Positions 43,647-54,500 of a stretch of DNA of 64,000 bases are shown in pieces. The notes under the pieces are model-generated. The model was not told where the DNA came from. It was given only the letters and a program-made list of their open reading frames with translations, and ran no database searches. Made by a program: the position numbers and the translations under genes. Where the stretch lies: IMG/VR virus record IMGVR_UViG_3300027715_000010, positions 1 through 64,000 of that record, one strand, 5' to 3'. Each line of letters starts with the position of its first letter. Within the stretch, counting starts at the first letter, position 1. The DNA is from a virus. Lineage: Duplodnaviria; Caudoviricetes.

Positions 43647-44405
43647 CTATCCTACGAATAAATCACAAGGTAATTCATTGGTGCTACGAATTTCTTCTTC
43701 TAACTCTTTGATTTCTGCAATAGCTTCATCATAGACTTCTTTACCATTCATAGTAACCCCACCTGGGAGTTGTACACCATTAAACTTTTTCATATTATTA
43801 CCCCATTGTCTTTTAATCAATGAAGTAGTATATTTTTTCAACCAGATATTATCCCACACCTTAGGCCATTGGTTCTGGTCTAACTGATAATAACCATAGA
43901 GTACTATCTGACCGTAATCAGTCTTAATTCTTGATAAATCATCTTCAATATACAACCGGTTAGTTATCCTATTGAAATGAAAGGACTTTGCTTTGTTAAA
44001 CATAAAATCAATTAAAGCAAGATGTTGTTGGTTCTGGTAGATATACGCCATATTACCAGCCTTGGAATACATACCTTGATTAAGATATAAGTCCGTCATA
44101 TGCATTTGGTATCTAATATCAAATAATGAACGGTCAAACCAAGCAGATGCAACATCCAAAGGTAAAACTCTTGTAATAGCAAACAAAGCATCTGGTATCT
44201 CAAGGAATCCAGCAGTTACGTCAGCATCGGTAACACTGTGAATAACCCAGCTTTCTTGAACTGCGTCAAAGTGATATTCTTTGAAGACTTGTAATGCTTC
44301 ATCTATGCGATCTTCTACTTGGGTATCTGCAACATTTATCTCTATGGCAGGAGCACCAAGTTTTCTTAAACAATAATCTTTTAATTCCGTTCTTGTACTT
44401 AACAT
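43647..44405 (-). CDS. gp13: Neck protein
   Basis: LKDYCLR.LGAP.I.INV...Q..DRIDEA.Q...EYHFD, WLK.Y...LIK.QWG.N..KF.G.QLPGG. Confidence 0.96.
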   Translation of the reverse strand: MLSTRTELKDYCLRKLGAPAIEINVADTQVEDRIDEALQVFKEYHFDAVQESWVIHSVTDADVTAGFLEIPDALFAITRVLPLDVASAWFDRSLFDIRYQMHMTDLYLNQGMYSKAGNMAYIYQNQQHLALIDFMFNKAKSFHFNRITNRLYIEDDLSRIKTDYGQIVLYGYYQLDQNQWPKVWDNIWLKKYTTSLIKRQWGNNMKKFNGVQLPGGVTMNGKEVYDEAIAEIKELEEEIRSTNELPCDLFVG

Positions 44406-44406
44406 T

Positions 44407-44766
44407 TTAAGCCACCGTATTTAAGTGAGTAATTTCTGGTTTGACTGTTGCAATACCTTCAAAAACTCTATACACTACATTTTCTGTATTGATTGCCGCA
44501 AAGATCTCAACGTCATACAAGTATCTCTTTGCTGGTATGGCAGAACTATCTTCGGAACTTAGATGCAATTCTATCACGATTCCGTTACTATCATTGATTA
44601 AAGCAGTATCAAGTGTATAGTAAGTCTCATTATCAGTTGTTTCTCTTAAAAAGCATCTTGCCGAAAACTCGGACAAGTCTAATGTAAGAAAAGCATCCGG
44701 TAAATCAATAGATTGACGATAGGTCTCACCTTGATTGATATATAGATTTTTGTATGTTGCAGTCAT
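44407..44766 (-). CDS. Conserved T4-like virion-associated protein (Ig-like)
   Basis: NL.I.QG, RYLYDVEI, RVFEG.ATV.PEIT. Confidence 0.65.
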   Translation of the reverse strand: MTATYKNLYINQGETYRQSIDLPDAFLTLDLSEFSARCFLRETTDNETYYTLDTALINDSNGIVIELHLSSEDSSAIPAKRYLYDVEIFAAINTENVVYRVFEGIATVKPEITHLNTVA

Positions 44767-44786
44767 TTTTAGTCCTCTTTGTTATC

Positions 44787-44794
44787 TATTTATA
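44787..44794 (-). promoter_or_regulatory. Late promoter TATAAATA
   Basis: Upstream of RBS GAGG/ATG 44766. Confidence 0.8.
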
Positions 44795-45083
44795 ATTTTG
44801 GTTTAGGACCAAAGTCTTTTGGTGAGCTTTTCTTCTTATTGTTGTTTAGAGCATCTGCAACGTCACTATGCTTTTTATCTAATTCTTCTGGCATAGCTAT
44901 TCCAAAGTGTTTTGGCATTCCAGCTTTTATGCACTCATTATTGACAGTTACCATAAACCAGTATAATTCATCTTCGTATTTTATGAATTCTTTGCCTGTT
45001 TTGTCTGTATTACCACCAAGTCTTCTTAATCTTTCAAAAGCAGCTATTACAGCTGGCACCTCAAATATGGATTCTATTGACAA
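44790..45083 (-). CDS. Hypothetical protein
   Basis: TTG start with RBS GAGG. Confidence 0.55.
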   Translation of the reverse strand: MSIESIFEVPAVIAAFERLRRLGGNTDKTGKEFIKYEDELYWFMVTVNNECIKAGMPKHFGIAMPEELDKKHSDVADALNNNKKKSSPKDFGPKPKL

Positions 45084-45087
45084 GATC

Positions 45088-45282
45088 TTATTCCTCTATT
45101 TTGTATCCACAGAGAAGCGCAAGCTCATCCATAGACATTCTGTTCTCCATTAGACCAACTTTGACTTCAAAACTAGTGTTTATAAAGTCCAGTGTGTCCA
45201 CCCGTTTATGAGTAAATTGCATTTTCTGCTTTAATTCTATAAGTTTATTGAACTTAGATTTTAAGCTTTCTATATCTTTCAT
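45088..45282 (-). CDS. Hypothetical protein (paralogue-like with 45282..45503)
   Basis: FNKLI ... S.DEL..L.GY shared with the neighbour. Confidence 0.55.
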   Translation of the reverse strand: MKDIESLKSKFNKLIELKQKMQFTHKRVDTLDFINTSFEVKVGLMENRMSMDELALLCGYKIEE

Positions 45283-45503
45283 TACTTTACTTTTGGTTGA
45301 TAACCTGATAAATCGGATAATTGTTGTAATGATATATCATACTTCTGGCAGCCATCTTGTATATAACAAGAAAGATTGATAGACTTTTCCAATAGTTCTT
45401 CTGATGGATTCTTAACATATTCAGAATCCACTTGTATTAAACTATTGAAAGCTAATGTTAAACTAGCTATATCATCCAATCCAGCATTATCTAATTTTGT
45501 CAT
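45282..45503 (-). CDS. Hypothetical protein
   Basis: FNSLI ... S.QQL..L.GY. Confidence 0.55.
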   Translation of the reverse strand: MTKLDNAGLDDIASLTLAFNSLIQVDSEYVKNPSEELLEKSINLSCYIQDGCQKYDISLQQLSDLSGYQPKVK

Positions 45504-45904
45504 TTTGCTAAACCACTTTCTAAAGCATTGATTTCTGCACGCAATTTATCTCTTTGAGTATTTAGTTCCTCAACGTTATAAGGTAATTCTTTATTAACTA
45601 AGGAATACTCATAGCACTTTATAACACGAAAATCAGAATCTGCAAGTTCTTTTTTACGGCTTGCAATCTGGTTTAATGCTTCTTGACGTAAAGCAAATGC
45701 TTCTCTTTCTGCTTGTATCTTTGCTTCTTTGTCTTTTAGTTCTTTTGACTTTGTTTTCCAAGTCAACCCGCAAATATGACTACCTTCTTGCACATAGATA
45801 ACTTCTTCAACAGAACCATCTGGATGCTTAATAGTATCACCTAGTTTTACTGGCTCTTGATTTACCATTTTCTCGTCAAACTTAGCTTTTGTATATTGTG
45901 TCAT
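45500..45904 (-). CDS. Tail fibre assembly chaperone-like protein
   Basis: K.ELA.SD.RVIKC.E......PY....L...R..LR.EIN.LE; follows fibre genes. Confidence 0.65.
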   Translation of the reverse strand: MTQYTKAKFDEKMVNQEPVKLGDTIKHPDGSVEEVIYVQEGSHICGLTWKTKSKELKDKEAKIQAEREAFALRQEALNQIASRKKELADSDFRVIKCYEYSLVNKELPYNVEELNTQRDKLRAEINALESGLAK

Positions 45905-45908
45905 TATA

Positions 45909-46985
45909 TTAAACTCTCTTTATAGTTTTTAATCTAATTGTTGAACTTGTTTGGAATCCACCATTAAATGTAATTGATGTTATATTATCTGCTGTATTGG
46001 TCCACATAGTGGCAAACGTTCCAGCATAAGCAGGAGTTCCGTCATTACCATCAACTTCAAAATAATCTATTGCACCACAACGAACTCTTCCAGTAGCAGC
46101 ATAGATAGAACCATAACAACATCTATTTACCGTTGTTGCAGCAGTACCATAAGTTAAAATCATAGCAGAACCACCAGTAAATCCTTCACCAGTGAAACTA
46201 TTTACACCACCTGACCATTTACCATATTGTGAAGAATATGCATAATTAGCACCGGTATCAGCATTTAGATTTAATGTAGCAGAATCTCCGTGGTGTCTTA
46301 TTTCTATATCATAGATCTTATCTACGTTTCCATTTAGACCTGTAATAGTAACTGGACTTGTTGTATTCAATAAACCACTATCATAAACTGCGGTAAAACA
46401 ATTAGCATTCAAAGACTTAGTTGTCATTGTGTTAAATAACTTACCAGTAGTATTCTGTGTCCGTTTCATTAGACAGATATAAGTTCCAGCACCCATATTA
46501 CCAGATAGTACAATAGATGTTAGATTATCTGCTGTGTTAGTCCATTGGTTAGTAAAGTTGAAAGTCCAAGGGAATTGTGAAGCTGCAAGACCATAATTCA
46601 TTCTACCAATAATAGAACGTTTTCTACCGGACTTTGCAAAGATTCTTATATCAGAGAAACCAGGTTGGTTTCCAGCATTGATATAAGTTGCATACGCAGC
46701 AGATGAACCAGTTCCGATTATAGCACCACCAGCAGAACTTGTATAGAAAGTATATGTGATCGTATAATTGTTTATAGAAGAATCGTTATTAAGATATAAA
46801 GATACCCAGTGAGCAGAGTCCGTAGTATGTGGTGCTCCAAAAATAATCAAACGATATTCTTCGTCCGTATTACCATCTAAACCACTAATGGTTACCGATG
46901 CAGCATCCCCGGTTAAAGTATTCTCATAAACGATTTGCTCTACATTATCAACAGAGCTTGAAGTAATACTATTAAAAGTTGTCAT
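45909..46985 (-). CDS. Receptor-binding/fibre accessory protein with two tandem beta-sandwich domains
   Basis: TI(S/T)GL(D/N)GN.D..Y and WTNTADN.TSI occur twice; start moved to MTTFN. Confidence 0.6.
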   Translation of the reverse strand: MTTFNSITSSSVDNVEQIVYENTLTGDAASVTISGLDGNTDEEYRLIIFGAPHTTDSAHWVSLYLNNDSSINNYTITYTFYTSSAGGAIIGTGSSAAYATYINAGNQPGFSDIRIFAKSGRKRSIIGRMNYGLAASQFPWTFNFTNQWTNTADNLTSIVLSGNMGAGTYICLMKRTQNTTGKLFNTMTTKSLNANCFTAVYDSGLLNTTSPVTITGLNGNVDKIYDIEIRHHGDSATLNLNADTGANYAYSSQYGKWSGGVNSFTGEGFTGGSAMILTYGTAATTVNRCCYGSIYAATGRVRCGAIDYFEVDGNDGTPAYAGTFATMWTNTADNITSITFNGGFQTSSTIRLKTIKRV

Positions 46986-46986
46986 T

Positions 46987-47976
46987 TTATGAATTACCTC
47001 TTCTTGCCCAAAGTCTGATTTGTGTCCCACTATTCAAATAGCCGGGTACTGTATAGGTCTCAGTCATTTCCATTTCACCAATAGAAACATAAGGATTGAG
47101 ACAAGCAGTCGTGATATAAAATCTATAGTATCTATATGCTGTACTATTGGTTATTGCTTGGTTGACGATGTAAGTATTTGCCGTATTAGTTGAGTTAGTA
47201 GCAGAAGCAAGGTCAGTCCAGTTGCTATCGTCATTACTTCCTTGAAATACCCAAGCACCAGGTGCATAAGGATAAGATGCATAATTACAAGTTAGAATCT
47301 TAAGATATGTAATAACCTTTGCATTACCACTACCGAAGTCATATTTCAACCAAGCAGGAAAAGATCCATTAGAAGCCCAAGAATCATTAGCATCCGCATT
47401 TGTTTTATTAAATGCTTTCCAGGCAGCACGAAGTTCTTCACTTGCAGATACAACACCACTTGGAGCAGTATTACTTGTCATTGTTGGGGTTGCTGATTGT
47501 GTAGCAGTTGTGCTTTGAGCAATTATCTTTAAGGAAGTGATATTAGTATTGTTTGGATTCCAGATATAGCCGTGTTTTCTGAAGGTAGTATTACCATTAT
47601 CTATTGAAGTACAGATAGCAGAACGTTGATTATTTTGATATGGAAAAAGTCTCATAATACCAACATCACCATCAGCACCATAACATAATGGAATACCTAA
47701 GTTTGTAGTTTGATATAAATTATAGATGGTTGAACTACCAGTAACTCCCCATTGATTACCAAAATAACTTGCTGAGTTGTCCGCATTTGGTTGGACAATC
47801 ATATAACTAACTGCACCACCAGCAGAAACAACTTCAAGTCTATAATGTCTATCAGTGTCTCCGTCAAGTCCACTAATCGTAAAATCAGCAACATTAGAAC
47901 CTAAAGTCGTGCTATAGATAAGTTGGTCTTCACCACCATATAACTTTGTTGTTCTTAATTTATTAAAGGTTGTCAT
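46987..47976 (-). CDS. Receptor-binding protein with discoidin (F5/8-type C-like) domain
   Basis: P.MTSNT.PSG.V.AS, AW.AF, WL.YDFG, P..W.FQGSND..NWT.L, AYRYYR. Confidence 0.75.
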   Translation of the reverse strand: MTTFNKLRTTKLYGGEDQLIYSTTLGSNVADFTISGLDGDTDRHYRLEVVSAGGAVSYMIVQPNADNSASYFGNQWGVTGSSTIYNLYQTTNLGIPLCYGADGDVGIMRLFPYQNNQRSAICTSIDNGNTTFRKHGYIWNPNNTNITSLKIIAQSTTATQSATPTMTSNTAPSGVVSASEELRAAWKAFNKTNADANDSWASNGSFPAWLKYDFGSGNAKVITYLKILTCNYASYPYAPGAWVFQGSNDDSNWTDLASATNSTNTANTYIVNQAITNSTAYRYYRFYITTACLNPYVSIGEMEMTETYTVPGYLNSGTQIRLWARRGNS

Positions 47977-47985
47977 TTACTTACC

Positions 47986-49803
47986 TTATATGTAGATATA
48001 ACTACAAGTTCCAGTAACCGTGATATTAGTAAAGTCATATATGCAACTATTAGTAGCAGCAGTATCAACATCAGGGACAATCTGCTTACCGTTTGCGTCA
48101 AAGAATTGTATCAACAATCCGTAAGGAGCACTCAATGCTTTATTATGTGTAATCGTCAATTTATTTGCAGTTAGATTAGCACTTGTGAAAGTTCCTGTCG
48201 TAGAAGTTGCAATAATCAAGTCGTCAAGTTTTTGTGCAATCTTTTGAACTGTATCATCTGAAGTTGTTAGTTTACCGTCAAAGCCACTAGCATCTACTGT
48301 GATTGAAGTAGCAGGATGGCAAGCAAGTGCATTCCTGTTGCTTAATGATTGGTGGTCTGAAGGTGAAACACCACTTATAATTGCAGATACACTTTGTCTG
48401 ATTGGCATAACCGAAACAAGTTGAGCATTGCTTGGGGAGCTACCAGAAACACGTTGATAAGTCATTTTAGCAACTACAACAAATTCTTTTACTGGTAAGT
48501 TGCCCATACTGAGTGTGCTAAAGTCAGAACCAGTTGCGTCAGCTAATGTCGTAAATAGATTTTGCCCCATTACGATAAAGATTTGATTACCAGCCCCACC
48601 AGTAGCAGGATTGAGTAATGCACCCATACAAACCCAATAGTTTACCCAACGGTTATTTGCTGTTACCGCAGTCATTTGCCACGTTCCAGCATTATTTTGA
48701 TTGTAGTAAATATCAGTTCCGTTATCAAGAATACCAGTCACCGAAGTATAATTGGAAACAAACTCACCATTTGCGTCAGTTCCACTTCTACGAACGATTG
48801 TATATGGACCACTCTTAGCTACAGGATTGATTGTATGATATAAATCTTCATCTGCTAAAGTGCCACCAGCAACTGCATAAGCCAAGTTTGTTGCACCAGC
48901 TGCATTAAGTGTATATCCACTAATAGCACCACCGGATACTAATACAGAACCACGGGTATTGTGCAAGTAATAGTGTGTAGCATTTGACATACCGGAATAT
49001 GCTGGATGCCTTTCATCCCATAGATAACCAGCTTTTACTGTAGCATCTGCATTATATAAAACAGTTGCAACCCAGGCAGTAGATCCAAAATCAGGAATCG
49101 TATTAACTGTTGAAATAGTTAAAACACCAGAACTATTAAAATAATAAACATACATACCACTTGCATCTGGATGAGCAGCTATTGTTTGTGTGGTTAAAGT
49201 ATATCTTACACCATTGACATAAGCATAAACATTACCAGCAATCGTTAGAGTTAGTTTTCTATGATTTGGATTTGTACCACCACTATAATTATTATCATAA
49301 GTGATTGTAATACCAGTAGAATTTTCAATACCATTGTATGAAGGTAAAGATAACTTTGTTCTATCAAAAGCTTGGTTTGATATTCCAGTAATCAATCCTT
49401 TTTGATTTACAGTTACTGCTGGAATTGTTATAGTATCACCATAAGTTCCAGGAGTTCCAACTAAAGAATCTGCTAAAGTTGTTGAAAAAGTACCAGTTCC
49501 GGTTCCAGTTACGGCACCAGTTAAAGTAATTGTTTGGTCACCTGTATTAGATCCAGTGATTGTAGCATTACCATTAAGAGTTAAAGTTCTATCTGTATCT
49601 CCGGTAATAATGTTTAGTATTCTATCACCAGTAAGATCTTCATTTACTCTTAAAGTTAAATAATGTGATGGATTAATATAATCTTGTAATTTGACCGTTG
49701 TAGCAATCAAAGGGGAAGGACCATTCACAAAGCTTATAACTTGATTGGTTCTCTGTCTCCAGGTGTCTATTGTATCTGTATTATTTACTATACTTATTGT
49801 CAT
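47986..49803 (-). CDS. Tail fibre protein
   Basis: TDT.DTWR...N anchor, G/T-rich shaft, VTVN.KG.IT motif. Confidence 0.7.
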   Translation of the reverse strand: MTISIVNNTDTIDTWRQRTNQVISFVNGPSPLIATTVKLQDYINPSHYLTLRVNEDLTGDRILNIITGDTDRTLTLNGNATITGSNTGDQTITLTGAVTGTGTGTFSTTLADSLVGTPGTYGDTITIPAVTVNQKGLITGISNQAFDRTKLSLPSYNGIENSTGITITYDNNYSGGTNPNHRKLTLTIAGNVYAYVNGVRYTLTTQTIAAHPDASGMYVYYFNSSGVLTISTVNTIPDFGSTAWVATVLYNADATVKAGYLWDERHPAYSGMSNATHYYLHNTRGSVLVSGGAISGYTLNAAGATNLAYAVAGGTLADEDLYHTINPVAKSGPYTIVRRSGTDANGEFVSNYTSVTGILDNGTDIYYNQNNAGTWQMTAVTANNRWVNYWVCMGALLNPATGGAGNQIFIVMGQNLFTTLADATGSDFSTLSMGNLPVKEFVVVAKMTYQRVSGSSPSNAQLVSVMPIRQSVSAIISGVSPSDHQSLSNRNALACHPATSITVDASGFDGKLTTSDDTVQKIAQKLDDLIIATSTTGTFTSANLTANKLTITHNKALSAPYGLLIQFFDANGKQIVPDVDTAATNSCIYDFTNITVTGTCSYIYI

Positions 49804-49813
49804 TTCTTAATTC

Positions 49814-50569
49814 CTAATATGTTATACCACTTCCACCGTTATATAACTCAGATATTTCTGATGTTGTTAAAACTCTGTTAAAACAAGCAACTTCATCTGC
49901 GTATCCTTGATAAGGACCATAAGCAGGATATGTATTACCCAAATATGTTAAACTACCACTAACTGCTGAAGTATACGCTGTCAATCCTGTTCTTACCAGT
50001 ACATTATTTATATATAAAGATGGTTGTCTATTTGTACAGTTAACTACAATGTGGAACCAAGTATTTGGCATAGAAGCAGAATAACTTAATAATACTGGTA
50101 TATTACCAGTCCAGTGAGATACTATTTGTACACCATTACCACCTACAGATATACCCATTCCTTCATAAGAATTACCACCATTTACTGGTCCAATAACATA
50201 TTTTTGGCCAGTCTGTCCAGAGGTACCAAGATTTGCTTCTGAGGCAATAGTGATATTAGATCCCGGATAAACCCACAATGAATAAGCAAAATTATTAGTT
50301 ACATTTGGTTGAGTTGAAGATATTAAACTATTTGAACCATTAAAACTAGCAGCTGTTCCAATTTTACCGGCTATCCAAGATATATTAGATGCAGTACCAT
50401 TATAAGAAGCATTTACACTATTATCAGCATTAGAATCCAATTTGAAGTATGATACTAATCCATCTATAGCTGGAAATGAAGAATAAACCAAAGACGTTCC
50501 TTGATAAACTCTTCTAACCGTATTAGTTCCTTGGTAAAGTCTTACAGAATTAGTACCTTGTTTTAGCAT
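49814..50569 (-). CDS. LamG/concanavalin-like receptor-binding protein
   Basis: GLVSY.KLD, GK.G.A.SFNG, WFHIV, LYIN, G..DEV..FNR.L...EI..LY. Confidence 0.85.
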   Translation of the reverse strand: MLKQGTNSVRLYQGTNTVRRVYQGTSLVYSSFPAIDGLVSYFKLDSNADNSVNASYNGTASNISWIAGKIGTAASFNGSNSLISSTQPNVTNNFAYSLWVYPGSNITIASEANLGTSGQTGQKYVIGPVNGGNSYEGMGISVGGNGVQIVSHWTGNIPVLLSYSASMPNTWFHIVVNCTNRQPSLYINNVLVRTGLTAYTSAVSGSLTYLGNTYPAYGPYQGYADEVACFNRVLTTSEISELYNGGSGITY

Positions 50570-50577
50570 ATCAAATC

Positions 50578-51342
50578 CTATATTACAAAGTAAAGTGTTG
50601 TACTGTCTTTCGTTCCAATAGCATTATACTGAGCCAAACTACCTACCCACATTTTATAGTTGGTAGATGCATTTTGCTCTTCAATAAGAATAGCACCACC
50701 ATATCCAAGTACATTTGAATTATTAACACGTAGAGAAGTTCCAGCAGATCCTTTTGCTAATTTATTAGAAATATTGGTTCCATCACGATAAACAATGTCA
50801 TAAGCAGCTGTCATTGGATCTCTAAATAAACCAGTTACTCCAGTTCCAATAGATACACCATCAATACTACCACCAGTTATTGCTACGTTATTAGCATTCT
50901 GAGTTGCCATATTACCAAGACCAAGATTAACTCTTGCATCTGAAGCATTACCAGCACCAGTTCCACCATTGGATATTGTAATAGGACTAATACCTGTTAT
51001 AGATCCACCGGTTATACTTACATTATTTGAGTTCTGTTCTGCTAAAGTTCCAAGTCCTAAACCAGATCTTGCTGTTTCTGCTGTATTACCACCAGTTCCA
51101 CCATTAGCAATACTTAATGCCGTATTCAAACTTAATGTTGTAAATGCACCAGAGCTTCTTGATGTTGCACCAATAGTAGTTCCATTGATAGAACCACCTG
51201 TTATTGCACAACTGGATATAGATCCACCGGTTATGGTTACTGCACTTGCGGATCCTACTGCATTAGCAAAAGCAATAGTATCATTAAGACGAAGTCTCCA
51301 AGTCTCAAAAGTATCAGTTTGTAAAGCTATGTTTATTGTCAT
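50578..51342 (-). CDS. Tail fibre protein (short)
   Basis: TDTFETWR anchor, ITGGSI repeats, GGTG..AR..LGLG..A.QN, C-term WVGS.AQY.A...KD..TLY. Confidence 0.8.
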   Translation of the reverse strand: MTINIALQTDTFETWRLRLNDTIAFANAVGSASAVTITGGSISSCAITGGSINGTTIGATSRSSGAFTTLSLNTALSIANGGTGGNTAETARSGLGLGTLAEQNSNNVSITGGSITGISPITISNGGTGAGNASDARVNLGLGNMATQNANNVAITGGSIDGVSIGTGVTGLFRDPMTAAYDIVYRDGTNISNKLAKGSAGTSLRVNNSNVLGYGGAILIEEQNASTNYKMWVGSLAQYNAIGTKDSTTLYFVI

Positions 51343-51542
51343 TTCTTATCCATCTTTTTTGTGATAGCTTGCAAAAGAGCTTTGATTTCGGTCATTTCAT
51401 TTTCTAAGCGGTCTAATCTATTCATATTTTGCAGTCTTCTATACTTCTGCTCTTTTGCTTGCTCTAACTTGCTTCTGTTACTATTTATAACTGCGAAGCT
51501 GTCAGTATCTCTTACTAATTCATTATCTATTTTAATCTTCAT
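51339..51542 (-). CDS. Small conserved T4-like protein following VrlC
   Basis: LVRD..S.AVIN...coiled coil EIK.LL; start moved to MKIK. Confidence 0.65.
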   Translation of the reverse strand: MKIKIDNELVRDTDSFAVINSNRSKLEQAKEQKYRRLQNMNRLDRLENEMTEIKALLQAITKKMDKK

Positions 51543-51543
51543 T

Positions 51544-54500
51544 TTAAGACCCCGTAGCAACTGCTCTGAAATCTTTAATCAATGGTACATCAGCTGTATT
51601 TGAAGTAACCATTACCAACTTAATAGCAAAGATTGAGAAACCAGGTAAACTATCTGCATAGTATTCATAATCTTTTATTGTAGTATCAGACTTTGGAGTT
51701 GTTATTGCAGCAGTCATTGCCGTCCAAGCTACATCTGAGAACTTACCACTGTTATCATCTTTTAAGATTCTATAGTAAACTTTAATATCAGCAGCGTTTG
51801 GTCTTAATGCACTAAAATAAACACGTAGAGCATTTGCTGGGCTGGTTAGGTTTACTCGTTTTGTAAAGTATCTAGCCAAGGCATTTCCTGCTACTGCTGT
51901 ATCTTCATTGGTGTAATCATTATTGATGATATTACCAATACTTACTACAGAAGTTCTTTGTAAGTCAATAACTGGACTGATATTATCTAAATCAGAAGTA
52001 AATGTACCAGTTATCTCAAAGGATTTATTACCACTTAAGCTTGTTGTTTCATTGATTGAACTTGCGATAATGTATTCATCATCGTTATCAATAGTATCAT
52101 TTACAATCAATGCTCTTGCTGTGGTATCTTTTACATATCCATTGGTTGTTAGTTTACCAGTGAAAGTTAAACTAGTATCATTAAATACTAGATTCTGGCA
52201 TCCAATATACATAGAATCCAAAGGTTTATTTTCGGTTGCTGTTATTGCAGTTCCACCACCAACACCAGTAGCATTAGCATTCGTAGTTACTGTAATAGTA
52301 TAACTATTTTGTAATACGTTAGCTATTGTATGTGAAGCATTAAGTTCCGTTGCTGGTATGTTATTAGTTGCAGTTGCACCAGCTAAGGTTACTTTATCAC
52401 CATTTTGCATTCCGTGGTTGGTATGAGTTACTTCTACAATGTTAGAAGCATTAGCTGTTAGTAATGGATTGGACCCTAAGGTTACTACTGGTACAGCTTC
52501 ATTTTCAAGAACCGCAGTTCCAGTTACCGAAGTATTAAATTGACAACGATATAAAGTAAACTTCAAGTCACTTAATTGGTCTTCTGTCCAGGTAGAAGCA
52601 TTTGAACTTTTGAATAAGACACCAAGATAAGGTTGTTTAGAAATTATCTGGTCTGTTTGGTATTGTCTTTCACCCATAGTAGCAATCCATACATTGTACT
52701 CATTTGAAGTACTTAATAACGTGATTGCGTATTCTTGTCCTTCTTGTAAGTAGACTGGTCCTTCAAAAGTAAATGTTGTTGCTACCGTTCCATCTGTGCT
52801 TGTATTAACTGAAGCAGGTAATAAAGTTACTGTTGACATTGGCACGATAGTAGATCCAGGTGTTCCGTTTACCATATTTCTAATTTGTAAAGTAACTGGT
52901 ATATTCTTACTATCCTTAGAAGCAAAGAATACATCAACTTTACTGATAAAAGCACCACCGACAGTAGTTACCATAAATGATTGAGCTAATGGATCTAAGT
53001 ATTGACCATTCAAAGTTACCCTTGTTGATATTACATCTGCTTGACGTGTTTCTAATATACCAGATGCCGTATAACCAGCTTCTGCATTAGTTTCTTCAGC
53101 AGATACATCACCAATATAAGAATCTGACAATCTAAACATCTTCGTTCCGGTTCTAAATCTTACCGTATCGGTGTTTGGTATTGTAAAGGTTCCACTAATA
53201 GATCCCGAAGTATCGGTTACCATTGGTGTACTAAGTGCTTGACCCGTTGGGGTAATATATCCATCAACTGCTACACCGTCAAAGAATCCATAAACACGAG
53301 TACTTGGTTTCAATCCAGTTGCCGTGAAGCTAATAGTATTGCTTCTCATATAAGGAATTGCGGTTGAGCTTAGGATCTTATCATTGATTACTTGTCTGTT
53401 AGATACTGATATCTGAGCATAACCAGTTCTTTCCCAAGTTGCTCCAGTTCCTAATGCTTGCACAGCACTTAAAGAATTGGTTATCAACTGTTTAGAACGG
53501 CTGCTACCACTTACATCAGAACTACCAAACCAGAATTGTTTCCACTCACCCCAGATTGGATGTCCGTTGATATTAAAGATCTCATTTTTACCAGCAGCGT
53601 AATCTGCTTGTCCACCAAGATTGGTTACGTTTTCTGTTATAACAACATCAGAAGCACGTGAAGTATCTTTCCAATCATCTGAAGATGGACTAATTGTCAT
53701 TGAACCTTTGTAGAATAATACGTCATACGGATTGATATTGATATAACCAGAAGCTTGGTCTTGTGTGATATAAGCTATTGGTGTATATGGTAAAGTTAAA
53801 ATATCACCAGTTAACTGAACGTTTGCAGAACTAGAAGCATTATATTCTAATTTGATATTACCAGTATAGAAGTTTGGTCTTAATGTTTGTTTTTCAATAT
53901 CAATAGATGCTTTATAATCTGCGTCATTATAATCTGCTACTTGTGTGGTTGTAAAGTTATCTACAACGAATCCGTTCTTAAAGCGGTTAACACCGGTACC
54001 ATCATCAATAAACAACTCAGCAGTTTCTTTTTCTAATAATGATAAAGACACATAGTATTCAAGATTCTGGACACGTTTTTCAATCTTACCAATATCTCGC
54101 ATAGTGTATCTTTTATTTTCAATAATAGAAGCTGCTACGTCTGTCGTTGCAAAAGTATATGGAGGTATTAAAACATCATATAAACCCATTGCAGTATCTG
54201 GAGCACTAGGAGCTGATGGTGTATCTGAAGGATTGCCTTGTATAACACCAAAATTGCCTGATAAATCAAGGTATACTTTGTCTATTCTTGGTAAGTAGTA
54301 TTCATAGCTTACACTAACATCTTCACCACTTACAATAAGTTCTGATAAAACTGAGTAACCAGATCCTGTATTATTTTGTCTTGGCCTAAAGTCTAAACAA
54401 TCTCTTAGATTATATGTAATACCATTAGATCCAGTATAAACTGGGATATCTGCATAATCAATTACACCAGCATAAGAATCTACCGAGAAGTAATCCCCAG

